Assembly: GCA_013239625.1 (NCBI GenBank)
Contig: MU054831.1
Location: 4,391,632-4,455,631, forward strand
Source: Lama guanicoe
Lineage: Eukaryota
Direction of reading: 5' to 3'
Length of the DNA: 64,000 nt
This document shows, in pieces, positions 39,050-52,976 of this stretch. The position numbers were made by a program, and so were the translations under genes. The first letter of the stretch is position 1. Each line of letters starts with the position of its first letter. The notes under the pieces were generated by a model, which was not told the origin of the DNA, made no database searches, and saw only the letters and a list, made by a program, of their open reading frames with translations.

Positions 39050-39165
39050 CTGGCCTCAGACTCACCTGGGACACTCGGCCAAACTGGCAACAGGTGAGCA
39101 TCGGCAGGCTCATCCCATTAGAACCTGAGAACCTGCATTTCTCACAAGCTCCCCACGGGACTTGA
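39050..39165. mobile_element. MER5A-like hAT-Charlie fragment
   Basis: tcacctggga...cctgagaacctgcatttctcacaagctcccca. Confidence 0.5.
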
Positions 39166-42100
39166 CTCACTCTCCTTCAGTTCTGCAACTTTGCTAAGCA
39201 GATGTTGCAAACTGCTTAGCAAAGTCCAGCGTCACGATTTCAGACCACACGTTGTGGGAGCCCCGCTTCTCCCACCTGGCCTCACCTGGCCTCAAGTCCA
39301 GGACTGCACAGGACAGGGAGACACAGAGGAGAAGCAAGAAACTTGGTGGGAGAGGCCAGGAGCTACGGGCTGATGGTGACCTCGACCTCTTGGGTACTTC
39401 CAAGTCTGGCCGTCTCCTCACTGGTGAAACAGGAGTCTTTCCTTCCCACTCAGAGACGACGTAACCCCTCTCCTATCAAAGGCCCCCCCACCCCATGGAA
39501 GCCCTCCTACGGCCTTTGGGGGTGTGATTAAGGGGTCAGGGCTTCTAGCACCCCATGTCCTGGGTCTCACAGCCATGGGGGTGGACGCAGACTACCTGAG
39601 TTCACTGCCTTGTTGGGGCCACAAGTGACAACAGGTCACACGTGAGCCTGAAAAGCACGTGGCTCGTAAAAGCCTCATCAAGCAATCCAACTGCAGTTAT
39701 CGGCTACCGTGGTTCAAGGCAAGCCAGGAAAACCAGGTAAAAGGCACTGCCAGTTAGTTTCAATCCCGAGCCAGTTCATACCACGAGGAACCATGTGGAA
39801 CTGCCACGCAGGAGGTCACGAGTGGCCGAGCAGCGGCCAGTCCACGCGGTCCACACTGTGCAAGAGCGCACGGGGAAAGCTGTGCCCACGTGGCGTGAAC
39901 ACTAACATACGTCAGAAATTCTGCAGTTTAACATAAACTGAAAATACCTCCATCCATTCTCCCTCAGCAAAAACAACACAATCAAAGGAACAGAGCAAGC
40001 AGGCTATGATAAAGCAAGAGATCTCTCACTAGACAGACTGAGACGGCGAAGCCCCACCTCCCGGGTCCCCACCGCGGCAGCGGCGAGGACCCAGCTACCT
40101 AAGGACCAGGGAGGGCCCGCCTGGCTGTGACACAGGCTCCCGTCCCCAAGGCCGGCACAGTGTCCTTCCCTCGGGGTCTTTCCCTAGCGGCTCCCAGCAC
40201 TCATCAGACAAGACAGCCAAAAACTCATCTTCAAGGATATTAAACCAGCCATCCTTTGGCTCCCGGATTCACTCCCCAAGAAAGCTACAGAGAAGCACAG
40301 CATGCAGCCACAGCTAGCACATTAAGGTCAGTCCTCCCTCCCTCCACCCCGTTTGGATTCAGTGACCGCAAATACAGGTTCCAGCAAACCTCCTGCAATT
40401 ACATTCAAGAGTAGAAAACAGGAACCTGACATCACAGGTGAATTTTTAAAAACATCTTAGTATCTCAGGGATTGAGAAGTTTGTTTGAAACCTTACATTT
40501 CACAATGATTCTTTTTCAAGTATTATTTCTGGCCACAGAAAAGTGAAGGAGCATTTATTTTTACTTTAAAGCATTCATAACCCCAAAATATAAATGGATA
40601 CAGCAAGGGGGAGCAGCAAGCACGCCCACACAGAACAGGCGTGCTGGGGGAGAGACGAGGGCTCTCGTGTGGCATCACATCTGTGCTGAGACGGGAAGCG
40701 CACGTCCTTAATAAAATAAACCCATCTCAGTGCAGCAGGAACAAGCCACACTGCACAGCGGTTGATGCAGGATCCGCCGATGACTCTCAAATGGAGGATT
40801 CAACAGACGCCCACTGGCACGGTTTTCCATGGGCTGATTTGATTTCTTACTTGAGGATCCTTGAGTCTCTGTAATAATTGGAACAAACCACAAACTCTCG
40901 GGATCCCAGGTGCATCCTGGCTCCCCTGGAAGTTTGGGTTGCCTTCTGGTGGCCTGAAAGGTCTTCAAACCAGACAGTGTCCCACCCCGCCGCCCTCATT
41001 CCCCAATAGCATCCAACCCCTATTCACGGGGCACCCGCCAGGGCAGGGTGACATGTGCTGGACCGCCAAGATGTCCCAACCCCCTCACCGCAGACACAGC
41101 CAAACCGTTCTCAAGCATCTTCCTCCCTCTGAGCCCTGATGTGAACCAGAATCCGTCTCAACATGACCAGACTCTAAGGGGATCCTCTCTCTCCTGAGGA
41201 GCCCCCAAGCCCCAGCTCGAGAGGACTCGCACGCTTTCATGTCCTCAGAAGAGGGAGGCCTCCCTTCCCCACGGCTTCCCCCACAGCGCTCCTACGTGCC
41301 CCACAAAGCACCTCGTTCCACACTCTCCGAGAACACCACCGCTGTGCTGGGCACGTGAAGAACACTTTCAGATTCGTGTCTGAGGATAAGGAAAGTAGTG
41401 GGTGTGCAAATTTGAGAGCAGAGAGGAAGAAAACATGTTCTCCTTCAAATACATAAGCTGATGCCCACCTGTGGCCTGGAGCGGCACAGAACCACCTACC
41501 GAGGACCGTTCCGCACAGCCCTGGCAGGTCTGGGTTGTGTGTTTCCTTCAGAAGGATGTGTGTTTCCTTAGCTGACGCGGCTTCGGAACGTTTTATTCAC
41601 AAGGAAGACAACAATCCCAAACCGGCGACCTGATTTCACCCGGTCTCTGCTGCGCTGTTCTGAATCCAGGGTGACCGTGGGCTTTGCTGCAAACGTCTTT
41701 CGAGGGCAAACTTTGGATGGCCCAGCAGGATAACCCTGCGGCCCCCTAGCCCATGTTAACCCAAGAGTCAGCACACGTGTCTACGCAGACAGACAGCAGG
41801 CCTGTCTCCACGCTGAAACCAAGGGCCTTCCCGCAGCCCCAAGGTCTGCAGAGAACCACCATCCAGGCCTCCTGCTCCCTGGGCGCTTCCGGCGAAGCAT
41901 CACCTCTGGCTGCTTCCTTATTTCACAGGGCGGGGGGGAGGGGGCTCACTTCCAGTTTTGCCTCCCAAACCTGTGCAGCTTGGGAGCGAGTTTAGCCCCC
42001 ATCACTGCGAGATGTCAGAGGAAAGGCAGTCCTCCCATAGCCTGGTCCCTCACTGAAGTCCATGAGCTGGAACACACACCCCTCCATGTGGTTAAAGCAC

Positions 42101-43359
42101 CATCATTAGTTGAAAACCGTTTGGGAATTTGTGTTCTGAATTACGTTAACCCTTACAGTCACAGAATGCAATGTGGACATAGCGGTACGCTTTTGGGAAG
42201 GTCATGTCATGACTCTAAAGAGTAAATTTTGGCTATGAAATGTTCCAGGGTCTCAGAAAGAAAGACCAAGTGTGTGGAGGTGCCATGGGACCAGTGGGAA
42301 TTCAAGAGGGCTGCAAAACTTTTTGGGGAAAAAAAAAGTACATTCAACTTTAAATCTATATCAGGGTCCCAAGCTACAATGTTACAGAAGGTCAGCTCCA
42401 ATTTCCCACACCAAACCAACCGCTGCTGTCCAAAACCTTCTTGTTTTATATTTCAGTTTTCTACGCAAAACCACCCTCGCCAAAGACACTGCTGGGTCTG
42501 CAGCTCAGCTCAGGCCGCCCGGTGTCCCCACACCCTGGCACTGACACCTGGCGCCCTCCCACCAGAGGAAGGAAGGAAAGATACAGGGGCCAAGGAGGAC
42601 ACAGGCTTGAGTTTGAAGTCCCGGGACGCCTGGCCTAACCGGAGCCCTCCGCTTCCTTCTTGCAGGGGCCCAGGGACAGGGGCTGTCCGATGCCCGCATG
42701 GTCCAGGCCACCTGGGCCCGGCCTCCCTCAAGCTCCTCTCTGTTCTCCCGAGAGCTGCCCACAGGGGCTTGATAAAGACCCGCGCCAGGGTCTTAGCACA
42801 GAGGAGGGGTTCAACCTGTGCGTCATGGGGACTTGCGGCTTGGGTGACAGCTTCTGTAAGTCAGAAGATTAACAAGGACTTTGAAATGAAGGCTGGTATG
42901 ATTACTAATTGTTCAACAGGAACAGTGGCTGCCACACTGGGCTGCTGAAATGAAGTGTCCCTGAGACAAAGACCCCAGGAACACAGGGAGCCGTGGCCCC
43001 ATCACTAAAATGCCAGGTCATTGCCAAGGACACACAGCCTCCTGTCAGGGGCTCCTGGCACTTTTAAGCCGCAGTAAAACATTGTCATCCCTGGACAAAG
43101 TCAGAAACCTACATTTTGTAAGATTTAAAATTGTAAACAGAAAAAACAAAACAAAACAAAATAATGTGTCCTTATTTCAATACCCAATGAAACTGCAGAG
43201 TCTTTGAAAATGAAAATGTCAAAATAAAGACATTTTATGTAAAGGTCTGAGTCAGAAATGGCCAGAAAAAATAAAATCAGAGGTTAAATCCATGGCCATT
43301 TTTCTGAGACGGGGTGTAGCCGTTTTTCTTACCGAAGCTTGAGCAGGCACATACATACA

Positions 43360-43452
43360 TTAAAATGTAATTTCAAATTGACTATACTTCCGTTAAAATA
43401 AATTAACACAATATTGTAAATCGACCATACTTCAAGTTTCTTTTTAAAAAAA
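43360..43452 (+). mobile_element. LINE-1 3' end fragment(s) with the terminal motif present twice
   Basis: aaattgactatacttc followed by aattaacacaatattgtaaatcgaccatacttcaa. Confidence 0.5.
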
Positions 43453-45878
43453 GGTTAATTTCTATGATGCCGCTTAGATGCTGCGGATGAGCAACAACCA
43501 CTATGAGTGAAAGTTAAGACAAAGCTGGAAACAAACAAGAAAATCCTCCTGGTTGAAATCGATTCTGAAAAAAACAGAGCCGGCTCAGGTATTTGCAGTT
43601 CACATGCTGCATTTCTGTCCGTCTTAGCTGGATATAATGGGGCCTGACAATTTTAATTTCATAAACAATGGTGAACAGTCAGCAGTATTTTTTAATTCAT
43701 GGTGCAATTAATGTTTATCCTAAGAGATGGCTTGGTAATAGATGACGATGAATCCAGAAGGTTACTCCAGGGTGAGCAAGCAGAATTGTCTTCCCCTACT
43801 GCCCCTGCAGTTTGGCCAAAAAACCCGTAAGGTTGGCGGAGGAGTGGAGGCAGTGGGACCAGCAGGGCCCAGAGTCCACTCCATGTCTGTCACCCCAGCC
43901 CGTCCATCACCAACAGAGAAACATCACTCCACCTGGACTGAAGGAGTCACAGGGTGGGTGGGGACTCACGTGGCCCACTGCTCCTGGAGGGGCTTCCTGA
44001 GGACTGACTAAACACATCAAACAGGAGACAGTTAACAAACAGCACATCCCCGGGAGGAGGTGAAAATTCCTGCTTCAAATCCACACGCTGCACCAAACCC
44101 TGGGCCACTTTCTGCAAGTCACATAGCCTCTTTGGCCCTCACACCCCAGAATCTTCTCTTTTGGGAACACCCTTCCAAGCAGACCCCGGCTGGCTGGTGC
44201 GTGCGGCAGCCACGCCTCTCTCAATTTAATGGCCCGCGCTGACCAGAAGGGAGGTGTCAGAGACCCTGGTGCCCCGACATGGCCTTCGGAGAATGTGACC
44301 CTCGACTCAAGGCAGAAAAATCAAATCAAAACCAAAAGAGCTGGGATCCTTCTCTTTATAAGGTGGGAAGAGGGCTCATGGTCAGTTAGCATGAATGATC
44401 TATTCTTCCCCCACAAAGAGGTCTGCAGCCCTTGCACAGGAAATGGGCAGTGATTTCACGGTGCCACCACCAATTCTGCGGCTGCGTTACATGATTAAAA
44501 TAAATACCGCCCATTAGGTTGTAATGTCCAGCAAATCTAATCACTGTCCTGGCAGAAGGTCTGCGGAGTCTGCTGGCAAACAGGGCTCCACGTCTCCTCC
44601 CTATGGGCTTCGTCTGGGGCCTCATGTCCAAGAGATGACGATGCAGGCAGCCAAGTGCCTGATGAGGGCCTGTCCCCATCATCACACCTGTGTCCCCCGT
44701 GCCCTCCAGGACCTGCTGGGACTTCCAGGCCCCTGTCACTGACATTCGGGGTCAATACTGCTCACGAGCCATGGATTAAAAATCGGCAAACAAAACAAAA
44801 AATTGCCAAAAAAACCAAACAAAAACTCCCTCCCCACTGGTCAGGCAGTGCCCATCACCACATTGCCAGTCCTGGTCCCCCTCCCACGCATGCACCGTCT
44901 CCACCCGTCTCTCCCCTGTCCTCAGCATGAAAGAAGCCCCAGTGGGTACACAGAAAGGGATTAAGACCTGAAGTCCACAGCAGAGGGGCTGGCGACGGTC
45001 ACAGCCATCATCGGCACCTGGCCCGACAAGCGGCACAGCGTCTCTGCAGGAAGCTACCTCAGGCCCCGGCTCACGGAGGCCCCGGGGGACAGCTGCCTCC
45101 CTGCCCCTCTCCTCGCTCCCTGGGCTCGGTGCCCAGGGTCCTGTGCATACACGCGCACCTCACCTTCCTCTCCTTCCCCAGCGAGGGGCCCCCACGCAGC
45201 TGACCCTCTGCCCCCGGCAGCTCAGATGCACGCAGCACAGACACTGCGGTAACGGTGTGCAGGCTCGGGAGCAGACTGCACCCCTACAAAACAGGACACC
45301 CTGAACAAAACCTGCCTGGGCAGGGACGAGCCCCAGACAGGTTCAGTGCCACACGCCGAGCCTGAAGACTGGGCTACAGAGCGCGTGCCTCGGCCCACAG
45401 CCGAACAGCAGGTCACGAAGCAGAGACGCGGCCTGTAAACAAGTGCACGGAAGGTGGTCTGCGTGGTCCTCGAGTCACCTGACAGCAGCGGCGACCTCTG
45501 AGGAGGAAGAGGAGGCAGAGCGATGTTCTCTTTCTCTTTTACTGATTCTGGTCCTGTTTCAATTCTCTACCAGGGGCATGTATGTTTTTGCAATAAGAAA
45601 AGGCAACAGAGACACTTTCTCAGACAGAAGTAGCTCCTTTTTACGCCTCTAAGAGCCAGGGGCGTGTGAGATGACTCATCCACGTGGCGATCCAAGTGGC
45701 AAAGTCAGAAGCCTTAAGTTGGCCTCAGTGTCTGAAGCATCAAATTAGGGAGGAAACACCAGGAGATGGTCCCCGTTATCACTGGATTTCTTATTCCCCA
45801 GACTATGACTGTCAGAGACCCTTAGCTGGTTCTGAAGTTATAAGGCCCGTTTAACAATAAAAGAATAGAAATGGAACT

Positions 45879-45914
<36 letters not shown>
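45879..45914. repeat. (TA)n microsatellite
   Basis: tatatatacatatatatatatatatatatatatata. Confidence 0.95.
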
Positions 45915-45918
<4 letters not shown>

Positions 45919-46930
45919 TTCCCCAACTGCGGGGGCACCATATCCCCTATCAGGAACGTCCCCGCACATCACACCCAGTTCAGTGTCGCCGCGGAGACAC
46001 AGGCCACGGGGGAGGGCGGTTCCCTGTATTGACACTGTGCAGATTTAACTGGGAGGCGGGAATCTGGGTCCCCACACATCCTGGCACCTGCTCACTCGGG
46101 CAGTCTGTCCTCTGTGTCTGAGCTGTGTATGCTTTCCAACGACACAGCAGCTCTCAGGAGGGAAGGAGACCCATGTGCACACACACAGGGCAGGTATGCA
46201 GGGACAGCTGGACACCTCCCCGACGGTCCGAAGGAGACGCCAAATATCTCCCCAAGACCAGGTCAGGTTCCCCAGCCGTCTTCTTGGTTCCCAGGGCCGT
46301 TTGTTCCACTTTCGTCAGACATACGCAACTGCTGACAACCTACCTCTCCCCTCCCTCAGTGAGTCGTGGTCAGCAGCAGAGACACTGGCCTTGCCCATGG
46401 GGCGCCCCAGCTGGACGTGCTGGCAGGAAATTAGGCACCCAGTGCCTAGCCCTCAGGGCCTGGGTTCCCCGGAAAGGGCAGACGCGGGAGCAGAGCTGGG
46501 GCAGGCGGAGAAGACTCTCCCAGTACACAGCCCCCGTCCCGGTGCCCTGGCGCTCTCACAGGAGGGCTCCGAGGTCCCAAGCTCACAGCTTAACCAGAGA
46601 AAACCCAGCAGTGAGAGGCTCCCAAGGCGGCTTATGGCAGGTTTAAAATAGCCACGAATCCAAGCCAAGCCCTAGGCCCAGACTCCAAGTGTTTACACGG
46701 CTGGATTTAGAACTCTGAAAATAAAACCCTTGATTTGGACTTCTCAAACCAATACTCAAACTGGACTGGAGGGGAAGAAAAATCACAAGCAAAGAAAAAA
46801 CTCACTGACTTCACCCAAAGATGGAGCAAGAGTGATCAAAACTCAAGACCAGCACACCCGCCCCAAGCCGACCCGAGGCTGCCAGGCAGGGACGCCGGGG
46901 GCTCTTCCAGCAGGGGCTCCGGCATCTGGC

Positions 46931-47155
46931 CGGCAGCAGGGTTGTGGTCAGCCTCAGGCCCTCCTGCCTGCCCCGCCCCGCCCCGCCCCCCCCCCCCACC
47001 CCGGGGCGCGGGATAAAACGCGGCTCCTCCTCGTTTTTCCCCACGGCAGCAGGGTTGTGGTCAGCCTCAGGCCCTCCTGCCTGCCCCGCCCCGCCCCGCC
47101 CACCCTCCCAGCCTAGGGACGAGGAATAAACCGCGTTCCTTCCTGGTTCTCACTT
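46931..47155. repeat. Tandem duplication, period 113 bp
   Basis: cggcagcagggttgtggtcagcctcaggccctcctgcctgccccgccccgccccgccc occurs identically at 46931 and 47044; the second halves are similar but diverged. Confidence 0.9.
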
Positions 47156-50100
47156 TTAAGTTAAACTAAATCTTGTGCCTAAAGGTCTCAAGTGCACAAC
47201 ATCATATGCTCCAATGTGAGCCCCGCCTCCAGAACTAGACGGCGCCTAGAGAGCCAGGCCCACAGCGGGGCAGGGAGGGGGGCGAGGGGGCCTGCAGCTG
47301 TCCCAGGAGCCCACCTGCCTGGGCCTGTCCTTTAAAAGGCCAGGTGCTCTCACCTTTAACAGGGTGGGGTGGGGGAGAGGGGGTCAAATTCCCTTTGGGC
47401 TCTGACTTGCCAGGGCCCTTTGTTTTAGAAGCCTGTCAGTCAGTCCTCAGAGCCAGGAAAGTAAAGATGGGCCGAGCGTGGGGCAGGAAGTGAGATGGCT
47501 CCTCCTCCTCCGAAGAGGCAAGAGGGGCGCCTCGGGACCCACCAGTGGCTGAAAAGCAGGGACAACACCTCGTGAAACCCAGCGAGGAGTGAGACCCTGG
47601 GGCTCCCATCACCTGTGCGTTTGCTGCAGGCCCACCTTCATCATCAGACACAGACAACCGCTGACAGGGTTACCACCAGATAAAGTCAGCCCAGGGAAAA
47701 CAGTAAACAGCTTTTTCAAACACGGTCAATACGCCACTGCGCACCCTTAAGTGCGTCATACAGTCTGGAAAGCAAAATATCCAGCCTGACATCTCAGCTC
47801 CGAAAACTCCAGGCGGTGGTGCACACGTCCAGCTCACTGCCCACCTGCTCGGACGGCACGGGGCTCGGCCCCGCCAGGCGGGACTCCACAGGTGTGATCA
47901 CACACGCGCACTGGCACGGGAATCCACCAGCCTCCCAGCTCTCCCAACCCTCCTCTCCCCTGCAATCTCGGAAAAGCAGGAATCAAGGGAATACAGGGAA
48001 ACGATACTAACCTCTCCTGGCTTGGGTTTGAGATGGAAGAGTCAGGGACCAGCCCTGTAGCGGGCCTGCCAGTCTGAGGCCCAGAAATTACGTCTCTGAA
48101 ATAAATGACAATGGGGGGGCACAGCAGCACAACAGACCTGAGACGCCAGACCTACCCAGGCCGACACCTCAGCCCCACGCCGCCCCCCCCGGCGCACGGA
48201 CACACCACGTGTCCCTGCGCACACACTCCACCTGTCCCTGTGTGGTCCCCAATGTGGGGTCTGGGGCTGCACAGAGACCTGCTCAGGTCCGCTAAACCGA
48301 GCCCATTAACAAAGGCACCCGATACCATGTCAGAGTCAGCCTAAGAAGCATGGCCTTCTCCGGCTGTGTCCCCCCAGGGGCCGGGACAGGGAGGACACAG
48401 CGACCTCACTTTTCCCACCACTTACTCTAGGTCTCAAGAGCCCAGGACTGTCCCAGTGTGGCGGGAAGGGAGGGTGAAGGCAGGCCGTTAGCGATGGGGC
48501 GGCCGCCGGCTCCTCTCTCAGCCTTCCTGTCTCTCTGCACAGATAGCTCTCCGCAGAGAACCCATCAGCCCTATTGATCCGAGGTTGCTGGAATCAGTGA
48601 GTCAACATAAGCAAAGTGCTTCCAGCAGAGACCAGCCTGGCACACACTACGCCACAGGCTGCTGCCGCCTGACTGTGACACAGCCACACAAGTCTAGAGA
48701 AGCACCCAGCCTGCTCCCCAAACAGCAGGTTTGCTGCCAGGAACACCAGGCTGCAGGGCAGGAGAGGGGACCCAGGACAGCCCCGCTGTCCCCCCTTTTC
48801 CCCCCACACCTGAATGCCCTGAAGCCCATCCCTCCACTGCAAGAGCTGGGCATGCTGGAAGACCCCATCCCTTGAAATCATGGTTTCCATCTCAGCAGCA
48901 GCAGCCCCTGGTCCCAGTCCCAACGGGCAGGAGCCGTTTCACACGCAGGCAGGACAAAAACCTCAACATAAAGAAAGGGCCCCGTCCAGGCCTCCACGCC
49001 CACCCGGAACTGGAAATGCTCTTCATGACAGATGCTCGTGGAGCCCGGGGCTGGAGGTGGTGGGATCTGATCTCTCTGGAGGCAGCCTGCATCTGCTGGA
49101 CACACAGAGGACCCGGGGAGAGGCAGAAAGCTGCAGTGCATCTGAAGCAGAGGGGCTGTCAACGTGAAAGGCAGCTGAGCTGTGGGACCCTCGCTGACCC
49201 CTAGAACCGGGGAAAGAAGGGACAGGAATAGCGTTCCACATGCACAGCCAGGACCCCACACTCCAACAGGCACACGGAGGAAACCCAACCATCCACAGAC
49301 CCCAAAGCCAGGATGCCGTTCAGATCTGAGTGTCGGAGGACGGGGGTTGGAGGGGAAATCCAGGAACATCCTCTGACCACCGAGAGCCTAACTCCTGGGA
49401 ATGCATGCCTCCCTCCAAAGAGATGCTTAATGACTGGAATCCTTCTGACCTCCCTCCCTCGCGTCTGTCTGTCAGTACCCCAGATAAATCTCTGGCTACA
49501 TCCCGGGAATGAAGAGAACATTCCTGTGTATTTTGGAAGAACTGAAAAGCTGACAGCTCATCTAAACAAATAAACCATGTTTCAAGTGCTGGTCACCACA
49601 TATAACATGATTTTATCTGTGTGTTTTATCAAACTGTAACTGACATGCGCCAAGTACACTGAAGTTTGGAAACTCACCTGAAATGGATTTTAAGCTAGTA
49701 TCTAAGATGAGCAACCTTTCCAGGATTTACTTGGCATTATACACACAAGCCATATTATCACCCCGAAGGCACGTCTATACAAATGAGAGCCAGGCGTCAG
49801 AGGCCTTCCTGAGGGACGAAATTCCAGGACAGAAAAGCTGTAGGTTAACAACAGCCACCAGGGAAGCTGAGACTGAAAGCGTAACTTGGCGAGATGGACC
49901 TCAGGACTTAATCTCCCTCCGAAGGATCGAGATCTATCTAAAGACTGTAAAGAAAAGGAAAACACCACAAAAATCTCCTGCAGGGTAGGAAACGAAGGGA
50001 CCCAGGAGTGCAAATCTGTGTGACAGCACGTCCCTGGATTCTTCTTCGGGGAACAGGGTGCACTTTCAGAGCTGGGATTCATCCCTTCACTGGACAGAGG

Positions 50101-50824
50101 CTGTCATCAGCCCCACCCACCTGACCTTTAACCCGCAGGTCTTACGAGCGACCCCGTAAGTAATTATGTCTTCACGATTCAGCAGGACCCAGGAGAGGAG
50201 GGATCAGGGAAGGTGGTTATTCAGAAAGCTTTCCTTTGAACCAGAATCTAGACGTCACAGGTGAATCTGCCCATCAGTGAGCGTGTCCAAGCCTCCGGCA
50301 GGTGCTGCCAATCTGCAAGTATTCTTTGCAAAGGGGCAGTGAGTGGGCTGCAAACCTCAGCACGGGCCCCTGTCACTTCCCAGCTTCTTAGCCGACCTCG
50401 TAAGTTACTCATGCATTTTTACATTTTAACTCATTTAAACATTAAATACTGAATGTATTATTTCATAATTTATAAAATGTCTATTTGTATAAATTATGAA
50501 TACTAAGTATTAAATTTTAATCAAAATTTTAAATATATATGTTTGGGAGAGATAAAAGACGCAAGCACGTTTCAAAAAAATAAAAATAAACCAATGAAAC
50601 CCCAAACTGTCACTTCTCTCCAAGGGGTCATTATTTTTACCCATTTCACCTTAAACAAAAGAAATTATTTTTCATTTTAAAGGAGAGAAAGATTTCTCAC
50701 ATACATAGAACCTCACTTTCCACGCTGGCCAGGGTGACAGGACTTCCACCCAGAGCAGCTCCTGTCGTTTGGAGGGGAGGGGAGGGGAGGGGTCACCACC
50801 CGGGAGGCAGCAGCAGCCTTGGGG

Positions 50825-50990
50825 ACACAGCGCGCTCACCCGTTATCCCTCACCACCAGCCCAGGTCGAGTGCGCGTACCGCTTCTTCCTTCCCGGGTGA
50901 GGACACGGAGGCACAGAGAGGTGAGACTACGCGCTCAAGGACACCTCCCGAAAACGGCAAAACCTGGCGTCCAGCTCAGGACGCCTCATC
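50825..50990 (-). mobile_element. MIR fragment
   Basis: ggtgaggacacggaggcacagagaggtgagactacgcgctcaaggacac matches the MIR core gatgaggaaactgaggcacagagaggttaag. Confidence 0.65.
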
Positions 50991-52949
50991 CTCTGCCAAC
51001 CAGCGGCACGGACTCGACGGCCAGATTGAAAGGGCTTCACACACACCTGCCACTGTCCCTAGAGGAACACCCCGAAACCAAACCCAGCGGAGCGTATCAC
51101 GGGCTAAAGCAGCACACTGGCGAGCTGCCGCGGCAGACACGCCTTGGTGTGCACGTCGGTGGAAAGCAACACATTTCACCAAGACTCCAATTCTGAACCG
51201 ATCTGCCTGTTAGCAAACTGCTCTTGAGAGTCCGTGATCCGCCGGAGCCGCCGGGCGGGGTATTTGTCAGGCGCCGGCCAGCGCCAACGGCGGACGGAAA
51301 AGCTGCGACAAGTCTGCGACGCTTCTATGGTATTTGACGTTTACTCTCGTCTCATGAACTTGAGATCTCAGTTTGAGGAGGGGTGGGGGCAACGCCCTTC
51401 AAACTCTAACAGGTCTTTACGAAGACAAGGCCCCCCCCAATGTGGGTCTGCGTGCGTCTGGCCATCTGGGGGAAGCAGGTGGACAAGGCAGTTAAAGGAG
51501 GCCCAGAGCGCCAGGCTGGAAGTGACTCCCCCTCTGCTGCAGTGTGTGCTTTCTACCTGGGGTCGGGGGCCGGCGGGAGAGATGTGATGGCACCAAAACC
51601 TGCAAAGAGGCCAGCGGACTGACCATGTGAAAGGAGGACAGACAGCAGCCGTGGGCACGGGTCATCTCATCTGGTGCCCGCAGCCCTGGTAACAGCACAG
51701 GCGCACAGACGGGGGGGCGCAGGGGGATGATTCGGAGCAGAGCCTCTGGGGGCTGTCGCCGCCCTTCCCACTGGGTGCCCGCTCTTCTCAAGGAGGCCTG
51801 GACACGACAACCTGCCGTCAGAACAAACATGCCCTACATGGTGAATTCCCTGAGGGGACTCGCTCCGGGATGCTCCTTTGAAGGTGCGCTGCCCAGCTCG
51901 GAACCAGTCCCAGTGGATGTCACCTGCCCCCAGGGCAAAGACAAGCCCCCGAGAGATGCCTGAGAGGAACACGGGTCCAATGACGCCATCTGTAACACTG
52001 TGTAAGGAAACCCGAAAATGTGACAACATGGGATGCTTCAAATGACCCTGCTTACACCGCAGTCCATGGCTCGCACTTCGTGTGCTGTGCCAGAACTCAC
52101 TGCTCTGAGGGCCGCAGGTCACGGCCAAGAGAGGCATCAACCACCGATCGATACAACAGGAAGAGGGCGGCCACCAGGGATGCAGACGACTGCAGTTCAG
52201 GCCACACGCTCTCCGGGAGGAAAGCAGAAGCGGGCCTCACGAGAGGCAGGGTGCGGACGCGGCACTCAGAATGGCTTTCGGAAATCAACCCGCATTTGGC
52301 TCATGTCAAGAAGGAAATGAATCCATAAGCTAAAAATGGAATTCACTCTTCCAGCTACACGAATAAAGAGACAATAAAGAGAAAAAAAGAATAAGATGAA
52401 AAAAGATAACTCTTTTCTCCCCATTTATAAATTGAAGGTATAATGGTCAACAATTTCAAAAGAAGTAGTTAAACTGCAGATCATTAGAAAATACGGGATG
52501 AAGGAGCGAGAACAAAATGCAAGGTTAATTCACACTTGCAGCTTTGGCAATGCACTCACCTGACCTGGGCAAATTTACATCTCAGAACACCTGTAAGCCA
52601 AGCCGTCCCACGTAGCTGGTATGTTCCATCTTTTGCAAAACATACTACAGACAATCATCCTAAAGCAAAGCTATTGGGTCAAAGAGTTTTTAGGACTTGC
52701 TTTCACATGCATTCTGGCCTCCTTGACAATCAGCCACGGTGACTGTCAACACCTACTTAAATAAATAAGGTGGGGGGCAGGGCAGTGAAGCGCCTTCTCA
52801 GGGTGCTTTGCAAGCCTAAACTGGCAGCCAAGACCAAACCCATTCCACTGATGGGGGATGCTGCACCATCCCCACGTGGTAGCTTTAAAAGTCATCCCTG
52901 ATAAACAGAACATTCTTTCCGGCTACCATCATCATCATGACTCACATAC

Positions 52950-52976
52950 CTGAAGTCAGCTTTCGAGGCAAGGACG
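52950..52976 (-). CDS. Candidate 27-nt cassette microexon of AGAP1 (would insert ASLPRKLTS before exon 2)
   Basis: Minus strand reads gccgctttcttgactgctttcttTAG|CGTCCTTGCCTCGAAAGCTGACTTCAG|GTATGT. Length is a multiple of 3, open in phase 1, with TGC about 12 nt upstream of the exon start. No transcript evidence. Confidence 0.35.
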
